Assembly (NCBI GenBank): GCA_964576435.1
Contig: CAZNUP010000001.1
Location: 442,259 to 506,258 of the forward strand
Source: an uncultured Gammaproteobacteria bacterium
GTDB lineage: Bacteria > Patescibacteriota > Microgenomatia > JAMCZE01
Direction: 5' to 3'
Length of the DNA stretch: 64,000 nucleotides
Shown here in pieces: positions 19,517 to 30,372 of the stretch. The position numbers and the translations under genes are program-made. Numbering within the stretch: position 1 is the first letter of the stretch; the number at the start of each line of letters is the position of its first letter. The notes under the pieces are model-generated. The model was not told where the DNA came from. It was given only the letters and a program-made list of their open reading frames with translations, and did no database searches.

Positions 19517-20767
19517 ATGGAAACAGTAATCAAAGTTGATCATCTTTCAAAAAAATATAAAGTTGGCGCTAAAGAAGATTATCTGACCTTACGTGACCAA
19601 ATTGCCAAACTAGGCCAATTTCCAAAGTCTCTACTAAGGTGGAATCATGGAGAAGATTTAAAAACTCATGAGTTTTGGGCCTTAAAAGACCTTAATTTCG
19701 AAGTAAATAAAGGTGAAGTAATGGGAATCATTGGTAGAAATGGTGCCGGTAAAAGTACTCTCCTTAAGGTCTTGTCAAGGATCACTGCCCCCACAGGTGG
19801 CCAGGCAACAATTAATGGTAAGGTCATAAGCCTCTTAGAGGTAGGGACCGGTTTTAGTGCTGAAATGACGGGCAGAGAAAACATCTATCTAAATGGCACC
19901 ATCATGGGTATGACCAGAAGTGAAATTAAGCGCAAATTTGATGCCATTATTGATTTTTCAGGAGTCGAAAAGTTCATGGACACACCTGTAAAGTTTTACT
20001 CAAGCGGCATGTACATGCGTCTAGCCTTTTCAGTGGCAGCTCATTTGGAATCAGACATAATGCTTGTTGATGAAGTCTTAGCTGTTGGCGACATCGAGTT
20101 TCAAAAGAAAAGCATGAACAAAATGGAAGAAGTAACAAGAAATAGTGGTAAGACCATTATTTTTGTAAGTCATAATCTGGGGGCAATCCAAAACTTATGT
20201 CATAGGTCAATTCTTCTCAAAGAAGGTCAAATTGATGATATTGGAAAAACTTCAAAAGTTGTCGCCAAATACATTGGCGAGACTACTAAACTTATGAAGA
20301 TTGATTTGAGTAAAAGAAAAGACAGGGATGGTAATGGGAAAATAAGAATAACTAATGTTGATTTTTTTGATTCCAAAGGTAAACCAGTTAAGAATCTAGT
20401 AACTGGTGAAGACTTCACTGCAATTGTGAAGTATAAAGTCTTCGATAGGTCAATAAAATCAATCAACTTTTCGATGCCAATTGATGAGACCGTTTATGGT
20501 AATAGACTATTCCACTTATCAAGTAGTTGGCTAGGTCAAACAATAAAGGTGACAGGATCAACCGGTGTTATAAAAGTTCATTTTAAAAAGATTCCTTTAA
20601 TTGCCGGTAACTATAGTTTCAATGTTTGGGTCGATTACCATGGAGAAATGCTAGATTGGGTTCAACAAGCAGGAAACTTCGACGTAACTTTTGGCGACTA
20701 TTACAATTCTGGCAAACAGCCAGATGCAAGCCAAGGCTCCGTTCTAGTTGACTATATAATTGAGTAA
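19517..20767 (+). CDS. wzt: ABC polysaccharide exporter ATPase with C-terminal carbohydrate-binding domain
   Basis: GRNGAGKST, YSSGMYMRLAF, VDEVLAVGD, VSH; ~150 aa beta-rich Wzt_C extension. Confidence 0.92.
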   Translation: METVIKVDHLSKKYKVGAKEDYLTLRDQIAKLGQFPKSLLRWNHGEDLKTHEFWALKDLNFEVNKGEVMGIIGRNGAGKSTLLKVLSRITAPTGGQATINGKVISLLEVGTGFSAEMTGRENIYLNGTIMGMTRSEIKRKFDAIIDFSGVEKFMDTPVKFYSSGMYMRLAFSVAAHLESDIMLVDEVLAVGDIEFQKKSMNKMEEVTRNSGKTIIFVSHNLGAIQNLCHRSILLKEGQIDDIGKTSKVVAKYIGETTKLMKIDLSKRKDRDGNGKIRITNVDFFDSKGKPVKNLVTGEDFTAIVKYKVFDRSIKSINFSMPIDETVYGNRLFHLSSSWLGQTIKVTGSTGVIKVHFKKIPLIAGNYSFNVWVDYHGEMLDWVQQAGNFDVTFGDYYNSGKQPDASQGSVLVDYIIE

Positions 20768-20770
20768 ACT

Positions 20771-22498
20771 ATGCGCATCTTTATATTAGATACCTATGTT
20801 TATGGTGCAGTTTTAGAAAATTTCTATCAAAACTTTGATGTAAAGAATAAAACATACAGCGAGGTAATGTCTGGAATTTTTTCTCTTGAGTTTGGCACGT
20901 CTAATTTTTATTCTAAGAACCTCAATAAATTAGGTCATGTCTCTCAGGAATTTATTTTCAACGACTTAATTTCTCAATCAATATGGGCTAAAGAAAATGG
21001 AATCAATCTTTTTTTTGATAAGCTCCGAAAAAAAGATTGGAAGGAAAAAATTCTTCTTGCCCAAATTAAGAAGTTTGAGCCGGATGTGGTTTACAGTCAA
21101 GATTTGTGGGTTATAAATCCAAAATTTGCCAAAGAAATAAAAAAACATACTAAGCTTTTGGTCGGACAAATTGCTTCTCCAATGCCACCGGTTGAAAACA
21201 TTAAATCTTTTGATTTGATTCTTACGTCCTTGCCTCATTTTGTAGATAAATTTAAATCCCAAGGTGTCAAATCTGAATACTTCCGAATTGGTTTTGAGGA
21301 GTCGTTATTATCAAAACTCGGCAAAAAGACCCACAAATATGATGTGTCTTTCATAGGCGGTTTTGGTCCAATGCATAAAAAGGGCATTACCGCCCTAGAG
21401 TCTTTGGCTAAAGAAGTTTCAGTGGATTTTTGGGGCTATGGTGAGGACGGGTTACCAAGTGACTCAGCTATTCTTAAATCATTCCATGGATTTTCCATAG
21501 GTTTAGATAACTATAAAATTCTCAATGCTTCAAAAATTGGCATTAATAGACACATTGACGTAGCTGAAGACTACGCTAACAACATGAGACTTTTTGAAAC
21601 CACAGGAGTTGGGGCAATGCTTATTACAGATTCCAAGAAAAACATTGGTGATCTTTTTGTTCCCGGAAAAGAAATAGAAACATATTCCTCTCCGAAAGAA
21701 CTCATAACTAAAGTCAAATATTATTTGAAACACGACAAAGAACGCGAAAAAATCGCTAAGGCAGGTCAAATGCGGACTTTAAAAGACCATACATATTTTC
21801 GCCGGATGGAGGAATTGGCAGAAATTTTGGAAAGAAATCTCGTGGTCAATCTAAAAGACTCATGGCAAGATCCAGGTATCCCAGAAAAACAATGGGAGAC
21901 TGTGTCTAAAGAGTTGGAAAACATAAATACTGTGCCACCCTTCAAGTCTCTAGTTGAGCTAATAAAGCCACTAGATCTTTCAGAGAAATCAAAAGTTTTG
22001 GAAATAGGTTGTTCTAGCGGTTATTATAGTGAAGTTTTAAAAAAATCTGACATAAATGTTTCTTATGAAGGGTGTGACTATTCCGAACCTTTTATAAATT
22101 TTGCAAAAGAGAAGTTTCCTAAAATTCCATTCAGGGTCGCCGATGCGACAAATTTGCCTTACAAAGATAAGGAATTTATTCTAGTTATTTCTGGTGGGTG
22201 TATTTTGCATATTCCTGATTGGAAGAAAGCAATATCTGAATCTGTTCGTGCGTCATCTTCGTATGTAATTTTCCATAGAACTCCAGTTACAAAACTATCA
22301 AAAACCCATACCTGGACAAAATCTGCCTACGGAGTAGATATGCTTGAACATGCGTTTAGCGAAAAGGACTTATTAGGTGAATTTAAGAAGAATAAATTGA
22401 AAGTTGTTAAAATTACGTCCCAAGGAGACTTTGCTATAGAGGAACTTGGAAAAACTAAAATTATAATGAAAAGTTATCTTTGTAAAATTTCCAAATGA
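20771..22498 (+). CDS. Fusion: CgeB-like GT-B glycosyltransferase + class I SAM methyltransferase
   Basis: N-terminal [24 protein letters not shown]; C-terminal [25 protein letters not shown]. Confidence 0.8.
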   Translation: MRIFILDTYVYGAVLENFYQNFDVKNKTYSEVMSGIFSLEFGTSNFYSKNLNKLGHVSQEFIFNDLISQSIWAKENGINLFFDKLRKKDWKEKILLAQIKKFEPDVVYSQDLWVINPKFAKEIKKHTKLLVGQIASPMPPVENIKSFDLILTSLPHFVDKFKSQGVKSEYFRIGFEESLLSKLGKKTHKYDVSFIGGFGPMHKKGITALESLAKEVSVDFWGYGEDGLPSDSAILKSFHGFSIGLDNYKILNASKIGINRHIDVAEDYANNMRLFETTGVGAMLITDSKKNIGDLFVPGKEIETYSSPKELITKVKYYLKHDKEREKIAKAGQMRTLKDHTYFRRMEELAEILERNLVVNLKDSWQDPGIPEKQWETVSKELENINTVPPFKSLVELIKPLDLSEKSKVLEIGCSSGYYSEVLKKSDINVSYEGCDYSEPFINFAKEKFPKIPFRVADATNLPYKDKEFILVISGGCILHIPDWKKAISESVRASSSYVIFHRTPVTKLSKTHTWTKSAYGVDMLEHAFSEKDLLGEFKKNKLKVVKITSQGDFAIEELGKTKIIMKSYLCKISK

Positions 22499-23985
22499 CC
22501 AGATATTTTTGCACTCTTTTTGACAAGAACTATCTAACACGTGGTTTGGCTCTATATACGTCTTTAGAAAAACATTCTCCAAACTTCAAATTGTTTGTTC
22601 TTTGCATGGATGAAGTCACTTTTGATTTTTTGACAAAATTAAAAAAAGCCAACATAACACCAATTAGGCTTAGTGATTTTGAAGACAAGGAACTTTTAGC
22701 AGTTAAATCTACACGAAATGCAGGTGAATATTGCTGGACCTGCACACCATCTCTTCCGTTGTTTATATTTAAAAAATATCCAAAAATTTCTGAGATTACC
22801 TATTTGGATTCAGATCTTTTCTTTTTTTCCTCGCCAGAACCTATTTTTGATGAATTAGGCTCCAAATCAATAGGAATTATCCCGCACAACTTTTCCAAGC
22901 CTCTATTAGAGAAGTACCCAACTATTCAAAAAACTAGTGGTATTTATAATGTGGGTCTTTTAGTTTTTAAGAATAATAAAGAGGGACTTGAGTGCCTAAA
23001 TTGGTGGAGAGATAGGTGTCTTGAATGGTGTTATGCAGATTATAAGGATGGAAAAATGGGAGATCAGTTATATTTAAACGATTGGCCTGAAAGATTTTCT
23101 TCGGTTTGTGTGATCAAAAATCCGGGTGCTGACTTAGCTGGATGGAATTTAGATAACTACAAATTAACTTTTAAGAACGGTTCTATTTTAGTCGATAATA
23201 AACCACTAATTTTTTACCACTTCCACATGGTGGATATTTATAAAGATGGGACCTTTGATATTAGATTCTACAATTTATCTGAGGAAGTAATATTAAATAT
23301 CTATTTACCATTTATAAATGCAGTCAAAGAAGAATTCCCAAAAGATTTTGAATTTGGTTATGCACATAAACCTACTTTTTCAGAAAAAATAAATTTAAAA
23401 ATAAATTACGTGTTTGGTCAAATGAAAGCACCCGTGTTAAAGTTGTTGGTAGTAGGTCGTAATTTATTTATGAAATTATTAGCAGACATTTATCATATTT
23501 TTTCACCTGACAAAGGTTATCATGTGGCTAGAACCGCTTCTCTTAATAATAAAAAATTAATAAAGGTTGGAAATGGTGCTGATATTCAAGATTATGTGGT
23601 AATTAGAGCATTCACTAAAGGTGTAGATATCGGCAAAAACACTCAGTTGAATCCTTTTACTGTTATATACGATCACGAAAAAATCACTATTGGTGACGAT
23701 GTAATGGTGGGTCCCCATGTCATGATTGCTTCAGGAAATCACGACTTCAAACAAACCGAAAAACCAATGCGCTTTGCGGGAAACCTTACTAAAGGGCCAA
23801 TTTCTATTGGAAATGGAGTCTGGATCGGAGCCAATTCAGTGATTACAGACGGGGTAAAAATTGGAGAAGGGGCTCTTATAGGAGCAGGAACCGTGGTTAC
23901 TAAAGATGTGCCAGCCTATGAGATTATTGTCGGTGTACCTGGAAAATCAATAGGAAACAGGAAAAAACTTCGATGGACAAAGTAA
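22495..23985 (+). CDS. Fusion: GT-A glycosyltransferase + left-handed beta-helix acyltransferase
   Basis: [33 protein letters not shown]; C-terminal hexapeptide repeats [20 protein letters not shown]. Confidence 0.8.
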   Translation: MTRYFCTLFDKNYLTRGLALYTSLEKHSPNFKLFVLCMDEVTFDFLTKLKKANITPIRLSDFEDKELLAVKSTRNAGEYCWTCTPSLPLFIFKKYPKISEITYLDSDLFFFSSPEPIFDELGSKSIGIIPHNFSKPLLEKYPTIQKTSGIYNVGLLVFKNNKEGLECLNWWRDRCLEWCYADYKDGKMGDQLYLNDWPERFSSVCVIKNPGADLAGWNLDNYKLTFKNGSILVDNKPLIFYHFHMVDIYKDGTFDIRFYNLSEEVILNIYLPFINAVKEEFPKDFEFGYAHKPTFSEKINLKINYVFGQMKAPVLKLLVVGRNLFMKLLADIYHIFSPDKGYHVARTASLNNKKLIKVGNGADIQDYVVIRAFTKGVDIGKNTQLNPFTVIYDHEKITIGDDVMVGPHVMIASGNHDFKQTEKPMRFAGNLTKGPISIGNGVWIGANSVITDGVKIGEGALIGAGTVVTKDVPAYEIIVGVPGKSIGNRKKLRWTK

Positions 23986-24749
23986 GCGTCATCATTCCAA
24001 CCTTTAATCGAGCCAAATTTTTAAAAAAAACCATCAAAAGTGTTTTAGATCAAACCTATCCAGTTTATGAAGTTATTGTTTGTGATGACGGCTCCACTGA
24101 TTCTTCGAAAAAAGAAATAGAAAAAATTGCTGACAAAAGAGTTCTTTGGTCAAATGCAGATCACTCAGGTTTGCCAGCAGTCGGCAGAAATAGAGGCGTA
24201 AAACTTTCTAAAGGTGATTGGATTGCATTTTTAGATAGTGACGACAGTTGGGAAGAAACTAAGTTAGAAAGGCAATTTAAAGCGCTTAATGATTCGAAAA
24301 ATTACCAAGCAAGTTCCACCAATGCGACTAATGCCGAAATGTCCCTAAACAAAAAAACTATTGATTTTGATGTTTTGAAAAACAATAACTATATTGTTTG
24401 TAGTTCAGTTTTAATCAAAAAAGCTATTTTTGACAAAACTGGATTATTTTCAGAGAAACCAACCTTGAAATCTATCGAGGATTATAATTTGTGGCTTAAG
24501 ATTTCCCTATTTTCACCGTTTGTTTATTTACAAGAAAAACTAGTACAATACACAAAAGATAACCCTGACAGTGTAAGGTCAATCTACACTTCTGAAGAGG
24601 TTTGGAAGCAGCGTCGTGAAATTTGGCGAGATTTGAAAAATTGGAGCAAATCTGCGAATCTTTCTAACTCACAGAAGCTTAAAATTTGGCAAAATTATTT
24701 ACGATACGAGATTAAAGGAATTGCCCATGACACCACCACCAAAGTTTAA
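23973..24749 (+). CDS. GT2 glycosyltransferase
   Basis: [30 protein letters not shown]. Confidence 0.9.
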   Translation: MDKVSVIIPTFNRAKFLKKTIKSVLDQTYPVYEVIVCDDGSTDSSKKEIEKIADKRVLWSNADHSGLPAVGRNRGVKLSKGDWIAFLDSDDSWEETKLERQFKALNDSKNYQASSTNATNAEMSLNKKTIDFDVLKNNNYIVCSSVLIKKAIFDKTGLFSEKPTLKSIEDYNLWLKISLFSPFVYLQEKLVQYTKDNPDSVRSIYTSEEVWKQRREIWRDLKNWSKSANLSNSQKLKIWQNYLRYEIKGIAHDTTTKV

Positions 24750-25419
24750 ATCTAAAAGTAGACTAACTGGAAAATATCCAAACCCTTCAGAAGGGTTTTT
24801 AGGCAATAACTTAGAACTTAACAACTGGGTTATTTCGGAATTTATAACGAAAGAAATAATCCCTGTTGTTGATACTCATCCATTTCCAATTCCTGAAATA
24901 TACATAATGGTGGGAGCCGTTACTTATTTTAATCCCGATGTGGTTTTTGAGTGGGGAACAAACGTGGGAAAATCAGCTCGCATTTTTTATGAAATAAAAG
25001 AGAAATTTGGCCAACCATTCGACCTATATACAATTGATTTGCCGGACTCAGAGAGTCACGAAGAGTTACCACATAATGATCAATTTGCCCACTTTATTAA
25101 AAACCTGCCAGTAACTTCTTTAAGAGGTGACGGCTTAGAAACATCTTTAAATATTTATAAAGAAAAGTATTCCAAGTCAAAAGCGCTATTTTTCTTGGAT
25201 GGTGATCACGCCGAAGATTCAGTAACAAGGGAGCTGTCTGGAATCTTTGAATCCTGTTCAAATCCTTGTGTCATTATCCATGATACCTTTTTTCAAACTA
25301 ATCCTAACTATAATATTGGTCCGCACAAAGCAATTCAAAGTTTTTTGAAAAGTGATAAAAAGAGAAAAATACTTCTGGAAACTAATTACGGCCTGCCCGG
25401 CATGACCGTACTTATATGA
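24727..25419 (+). CDS. Class I SAM methyltransferase (Methyltransf_24-like)
   Basis: VFEWGTNVGKSA, TIDLP, FFLDGDH, IIHDT. Confidence 0.75.
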   Translation: MTPPPKFKSKSRLTGKYPNPSEGFLGNNLELNNWVISEFITKEIIPVVDTHPFPIPEIYIMVGAVTYFNPDVVFEWGTNVGKSARIFYEIKEKFGQPFDLYTIDLPDSESHEELPHNDQFAHFIKNLPVTSLRGDGLETSLNIYKEKYSKSKALFFLDGDHAEDSVTRELSGIFESCSNPCVIIHDTFFQTNPNYNIGPHKAIQSFLKSDKKRKILLETNYGLPGMTVLI

Positions 25420-27128
25420 AAATTGGCCTTTTAGTCAACGCTACTGGAAAATATATTTATTTTACTTATCTTCTCTGGGAATCAGTTCAAAAATATTTTT
25501 TCAAAATTCCAAATGTTCAGGTGGAGATGTTTATTTTTACGGATTCAGATGAAGTACCCAAAGGAACTAAGAGAATTTTTCAAGAACATAAGGCTTTCCC
25601 GTATGCAACACTTCTTAGATATCATTATTACTCAAACAACAAGAAAATTTTATCAGACATGGACTACCTTTTTTATTGTGACGCCGACATGGAGTTTGTA
25701 GCCCCTGTGGGAGAGGAAATTTTAGGTGAATTGGTTGGCACAATCCATCCAGGCTTTTTTGAAAGAAACAGATCAGATTTTAGTTACGAGCCCAATCCAA
25801 AATCTAAGGCTTTTATTCCAAAAAACAAAGGATCACATTATTTCTGTGGAGGCTTTAATGGAGGGACTTCTAAGGACTTCTTACTTCTTTGCGATAAGTT
25901 GAAAGAAAATATAGATAAAGATTTAAAAAACAATATTATTGCTATCCACAATGACGAAAGCCACTTGAATCGCTATTTCGTGGATCATAAGCCCACAAAA
26001 ATTCTAGACCCTTCCTATTGTTTCCCAGAAGAACTAACAGAAAAGTTTCAGTCAACTAAAGGAAAGTTATCAGCAGACCCATATACTTGGTTCCCAAAAA
26101 GCCTCAAAAAGTTTGCAACAAGCCCAAGACTCATAGCGAAGTATAAAAACCATGAGGCTTTTAGATATGGCCGTGTAGAGGGTTCGGCTAGACGCGTTGT
26201 CAATGAGACGAAGCGTTTTGCATTTTTGTCTTTGGTGGCTGCTAGATCATTTCCAAGTAGAGTTAAACATGTTTCAAGTAGAGTAGTGTTCAATATATCA
26301 AAAGATCACCCAGAAATATTTACTAGAAATTTTTACAACATTCCATTTTCAAAAGTGTTTCATTTAAATTGTAATGTAGATTTGTTAGAAAAAAATAATA
26401 ATTTACTAGACCTCGTAACCATTGGCTTTAATAATTCGGATGTTATTGAAACGCAAATTAAACTTTTGAATAAAAATTTAACTGATAAATTCTTTTATAC
26501 AGTTGCAGATAATTCATCTAGCACAAAGATAAGTAAAGAAATACAGAACATTTGTGCTAAATATAAGGTGGGTTATATTAAATTACCTCCTAATTTTTTT
26601 AGCGACAAAGGTCTTGGTAACCTTTCACATGGTTCAGCCATGACTTGGGTATTCAAAAACTATATTAAAAAAAGAAACCCAAGATATTTTGGCTTCTTGG
26701 ATCATGACATGTTCCCTATTAAAAAAACTAGTTTGGTTAAATATTTTAAAGCCTCGCCGGTAATTGGGTTTAAACAACCCAGAGAAAACTATTGGTATTT
26801 ATGGGCAGGTTTTTGTTTTTTTGACATGGAGTTTGTTGGTAAAAGAAATTTGGATTTCTTATCTAAGAAATACGGAAATCAAAGACTGGATACTGGAGGG
26901 GCAAACTGGGAGAAAATATATTGTGATGTTGACGCAGATAAATTACCTTCTTTTAAACATAGGTACCTCAATCTAACTGGGGGAGAAATAGCCCAACATG
27001 ATATGGTGGAGTTTTATGGAGATTGGCTGCATTTATTTAATGCCTCTAATTGGTACGCAATGGATGATTTAAAATTTGAAAAACGCTCCAAAGCTTTAAA
27101 AAAACTAATTCACAAATATGTTACTTGA
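25416..27128 (+). CDS. Fusion: GT6 (ABO/alpha-1,3-Gal(NAc) transferase family) + second GT-A-like domain
   Basis: IGLLVNATGKY, FIFTD, YCDADM, HPGF, YFCGGFNGG, NDESHLNRY, LDPSYCFPE; second domain VADNSS, SHG, GFLDHDMFP, DTGG. Confidence 0.85.
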   Translation: MKIGLLVNATGKYIYFTYLLWESVQKYFFKIPNVQVEMFIFTDSDEVPKGTKRIFQEHKAFPYATLLRYHYYSNNKKILSDMDYLFYCDADMEFVAPVGEEILGELVGTIHPGFFERNRSDFSYEPNPKSKAFIPKNKGSHYFCGGFNGGTSKDFLLLCDKLKENIDKDLKNNIIAIHNDESHLNRYFVDHKPTKILDPSYCFPEELTEKFQSTKGKLSADPYTWFPKSLKKFATSPRLIAKYKNHEAFRYGRVEGSARRVVNETKRFAFLSLVAARSFPSRVKHVSSRVVFNISKDHPEIFTRNFYNIPFSKVFHLNCNVDLLEKNNNLLDLVTIGFNNSDVIETQIKLLNKNLTDKFFYTVADNSSSTKISKEIQNICAKYKVGYIKLPPNFFSDKGLGNLSHGSAMTWVFKNYIKKRNPRYFGFLDHDMFPIKKTSLVKYFKASPVIGFKQPRENYWYLWAGFCFFDMEFVGKRNLDFLSKKYGNQRLDTGGANWEKIYCDVDADKLPSFKHRYLNLTGGEIAQHDMVEFYGDWLHLFNASNWYAMDDLKFEKRSKALKKLIHKYVT

Positions 27129-27939
27129 AGTAAAAAAAGTCGCAGCAGATTACAAAAGGAAGATAACAGACATATGCGCACCCGTGTTAGAAGTAAGTCA
27201 CAACGTTTTTGCTGACAAAAGATATGGCGATGTAGGTTTTTTTATAACGAAAAATCCCAAAACAAAAAAATACAAATATTCAAATTGGGGAAGTCGTGAA
27301 TGGGAATATTACTATATGGAAGAAAAATTGAAAGAAATGTGCATAGATGGAAAAGTGATCATTGATATTGGCATTGGAAGGCCAGTAGACTGTGATTTTT
27401 ATAAATTTTATGTTTCTGAAAATTGTTATATGACTGCATTTGATCCTGATGTAAGAATGCCTAAAGTCACAAATCTTTCCAAAAGATGTAAAATTTTAAG
27501 GATGTCAGCTGAAAAGTTACCTTTAAAAAATGAGAGCGTTGACGTTGCAGTCGTTCTTTCCTCGTTTGAACATTTTCCTTTAAATGAATTTTCGAAAACA
27601 ATAAAAGAACTTTTCAGGGTGTTAAAACCGGGTGGTGACTTATTAGTTACGCTAGATTTAACCTTGGATCACCAAAAATCCGCTAGATGGGCAATTTTAG
27701 AAAAAACAATGAATCACCTTTCGAAAATAGAAAATGATCAGAAAATTTCTAAAAAGGGAAAGTTTTTAACAATTGACTCCTTTCTTGGAATGATAAGACC
27801 ATATTTCAAGCCCAAGAGTTCCACAATTTTAAATTTTGATGTAAAACCAAAAGACATGGTATATTCACCAGATTTTAACTCAAACGTAGCTTACCTGCAT
27901 TTATATAAACAAGATGGAAGACCGCCAAAATCACGCTAA
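27118..27939 (+). CDS. Class I SAM methyltransferase (Methyltransf_11-like)
   Basis: SREWEY, IIDIGIG, LPLKNESVD, SSFEH, LFRVLKPGG. Confidence 0.8.
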   Translation: MLLEVKKVAADYKRKITDICAPVLEVSHNVFADKRYGDVGFFITKNPKTKKYKYSNWGSREWEYYYMEEKLKEMCIDGKVIIDIGIGRPVDCDFYKFYVSENCYMTAFDPDVRMPKVTNLSKRCKILRMSAEKLPLKNESVDVAVVLSSFEHFPLNEFSKTIKELFRVLKPGGDLLVTLDLTLDHQKSARWAILEKTMNHLSKIENDQKISKKGKFLTIDSFLGMIRPYFKPKSSTILNFDVKPKDMVYSPDFNSNVAYLHLYKQDGRPPKSR

Positions 27940-28861
27940 AGACATAGAAAAAGTTAAAAAAGCCGCCAATCGTTTTGGTAAAGTTGTTGTCTGGGGCTTG
28001 AAGTCACATGACAGAGATAGTTTTAGGTATATTCAAAACCATTTCTATACCACTTTACAAAAGTTGGGGATCAACTCAGTTTGGTTAGACGACGAAATAG
28101 ACAACAATAATTTGGTGGAGAAAGGAGACATGGTTTGGGCTGCAAATGTTACAGGAAAGAATCTAAAACTTAAAAAAGATGTCTACTATTGTCTTCATAA
28201 TTATGACAAAGACTTTTATAAAGAATTAAACAAAAAAAACTACCTTATCGTCCAGGTTTATTCAAATGATGCCGACAAGGGGACACAGAAATGGGACTCT
28301 GTAACGAGATTTGATAGGAAAAACCAGGTCTTATATGAACCTTGGGGTACAAATCTACTCCCCTGGGAATTCAAAAACCCAGTATTTCCCAAATCTTCAC
28401 CATTTGTTTTTTGGGTGGGAAGCATTTGGAACAATGACCAAAATCAAGGAAATTTAGAAGAAATTGAAAAATTAAAGAAAGTTTTAGGAAAACATCATGT
28501 TTATTTTCTCCACCCTCGTTATGTCCCAGACTTTATTCATTGGCGTCTTATACGTTGGTCAAGAATCGCTCCAACTGTGGCAGGTAACTGGCAGGTCAAA
28601 GTAAACTATCTACCATGCCGCATGTTTAAGAATATTTCTTATGGGCAATTGGGAATAACCAATGTTAAAAAGTTTGAAGATCTCTTGGGCAGTTCTTTTA
28701 TTAAAAGCGATTCAATAGAAGATTTAGTAGAGAAATCGTTGGCTTTTTCAGAGAAAAAATATATTTCACTAGTTAAAGATCAGCAAGAAATCATAAAGAA
28801 ACAGACATATATGCAAAAAGTAATGAATCTTTTTAAGGGATTAGAAATTGTTTCTTCGTAA
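27914..28861 (+). CDS. Hypothetical protein, probable GT-B-type glycosyltransferase
   Basis: Soluble alpha/beta; FWVGSIW, YLPCRMFKNISYG resembles the CgeB-type RxFE region; locus context. Confidence 0.5.
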   Translation: MEDRQNHAKDIEKVKKAANRFGKVVVWGLKSHDRDSFRYIQNHFYTTLQKLGINSVWLDDEIDNNNLVEKGDMVWAANVTGKNLKLKKDVYYCLHNYDKDFYKELNKKNYLIVQVYSNDADKGTQKWDSVTRFDRKNQVLYEPWGTNLLPWEFKNPVFPKSSPFVFWVGSIWNNDQNQGNLEEIEKLKKVLGKHHVYFLHPRYVPDFIHWRLIRWSRIAPTVAGNWQVKVNYLPCRMFKNISYGQLGITNVKKFEDLLGSSFIKSDSIEDLVEKSLAFSEKKYISLVKDQQEIIKKQTYMQKVMNLFKGLEIVSS

Positions 28862-30372
28862 TGCTGACAAAAACTCTTTATCGCGCGACCATAATCCTCA
28901 TAATTTTATTTTTCTTACTTAAACCATTTTTCTTAGGCTTTTATCATGATGATTGGTCAACTATTGTGGGAACTGTTGTTAAAGGAAGTCCATTTAGTCT
29001 TGATCTTTTAAGTTCTTCAATTCAAGTCTTGTTGTCCAGACCGGTTAGTGGTCTGGTCTTGTTTTCTTTTGCGTCCATAGCTGGAAAGTCTCCGCTCATC
29101 TGGCAATTCCTAACATCCCTATTGGTCTTATTAGGAATCTATGTCTTTTCCAAATTTCTTTCATCTCTAGTCAAATCTTTAAAACTAGAGACGTCTTGGG
29201 AAGAAACTGCTGCATTTGCTGCTTTATTTTTCGCTTTACCTTGGATGGCTGGAGCAACATTCTTCGTAGTTGCTGCTATTTGTGCATTGACTGCAACCTT
29301 ATTTTTTCTTTTATCAGGAATTTCATTATTAAATTACATAAATACGAAGAAGACGAAATGGCTTATTGGGGTAGGAGCATTTTATTTACTAAGTATCCTA
29401 ACCTATGAAGCGTTTTATTTACAATTTATACTTCTAACTCTTCTTGGGACCATTGTTTTAAAGGCAAAAAAAGAAAAAATATCTAATCTAGTTTTAGTTT
29501 TTATAGTTTTAGCCGTCGCTCAATTATTAGGTATAGCCTGGAATCGGTTCACCTTTTCCCTCGCCCCTGCTTCAAAAAGTATTAATCCTGATTTCTTACC
29601 GCTATTTTTATATACCTTAAGAGTTATTCCAGAAAGGTTTCTTTTTAACTTTAAGGAAATATATAGTTGGGCATTTTTATCGCTAATTGCCTACATTTTA
29701 TACACATTAGTTATTTTAAAATCTCTGTTTAGGAAATCATTTCCATTGGGAGTGTCCACATTGTCATTTATTTGTTTAGCAATTTTGGGAATTTGTTTAT
29801 CTGTTTTTCTTTATGCCCTTGCTGGATACGGAGTCGACGCCCATGGGTTAACATCCCGCACAACGTTAGTAATTAGCTTCTATATAATCCTTGCAGTATT
29901 TGTAATACAAGTTTCAAGTAGGTCAATTAACTCGGATGTAAAAATTTTTTATAACTTGACGTTTTGGTTAGTAGTTTTAGCTATTTTTACGAGTTTAATA
30001 TGGCGCTTCCGTGATTGGAAAGTTTCCTGGAGAGAACAAACTTCTGTTATTTCATCTTTTCCAAAAGAAAATTTCAAAAACGCACCAAAAGACACAGTCA
30101 TTATCTATAAAGGTCCTTTTGAATATAATGGCTTAACAGTTTTTCAGTCGTCTTGGGATCTAGCAAGTGCCATAAATTATTCTTATCCGGGTTTAAATCT
30201 TACAGTTCTTCCAAGTCCCGATGTCTGGGCGATAAATTGGGATGGCAAAAATTTAACTCAAATTGCTAAAGGAAACAAATCCACTTTGTGGTCAGGGGAA
30301 ACAAAAAATGTTTGGTTGTGGAATTATCCAAATAAAAATGTTACTAAACTAAATAAGAAATATGCAGAGTAA
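28861..30372 (+). CDS. Polytopic membrane protein, probable GT-C glycosyltransferase
   Basis: GFYHDDW acidic loop after TM1, RP motif, LTYE, about 12 TM plus soluble tail. Confidence 0.7.
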   Translation: MLTKTLYRATIILIILFFLLKPFFLGFYHDDWSTIVGTVVKGSPFSLDLLSSSIQVLLSRPVSGLVLFSFASIAGKSPLIWQFLTSLLVLLGIYVFSKFLSSLVKSLKLETSWEETAAFAALFFALPWMAGATFFVVAAICALTATLFFLLSGISLLNYINTKKTKWLIGVGAFYLLSILTYEAFYLQFILLTLLGTIVLKAKKEKISNLVLVFIVLAVAQLLGIAWNRFTFSLAPASKSINPDFLPLFLYTLRVIPERFLFNFKEIYSWAFLSLIAYILYTLVILKSLFRKSFPLGVSTLSFICLAILGICLSVFLYALAGYGVDAHGLTSRTTLVISFYIILAVFVIQVSSRSINSDVKIFYNLTFWLVVLAIFTSLIWRFRDWKVSWREQTSVISSFPKENFKNAPKDTVIIYKGPFEYNGLTVFQSSWDLASAINYSYPGLNLTVLPSPDVWAINWDGKNLTQIAKGNKSTLWSGETKNVWLWNYPNKNVTKLNKKYAE

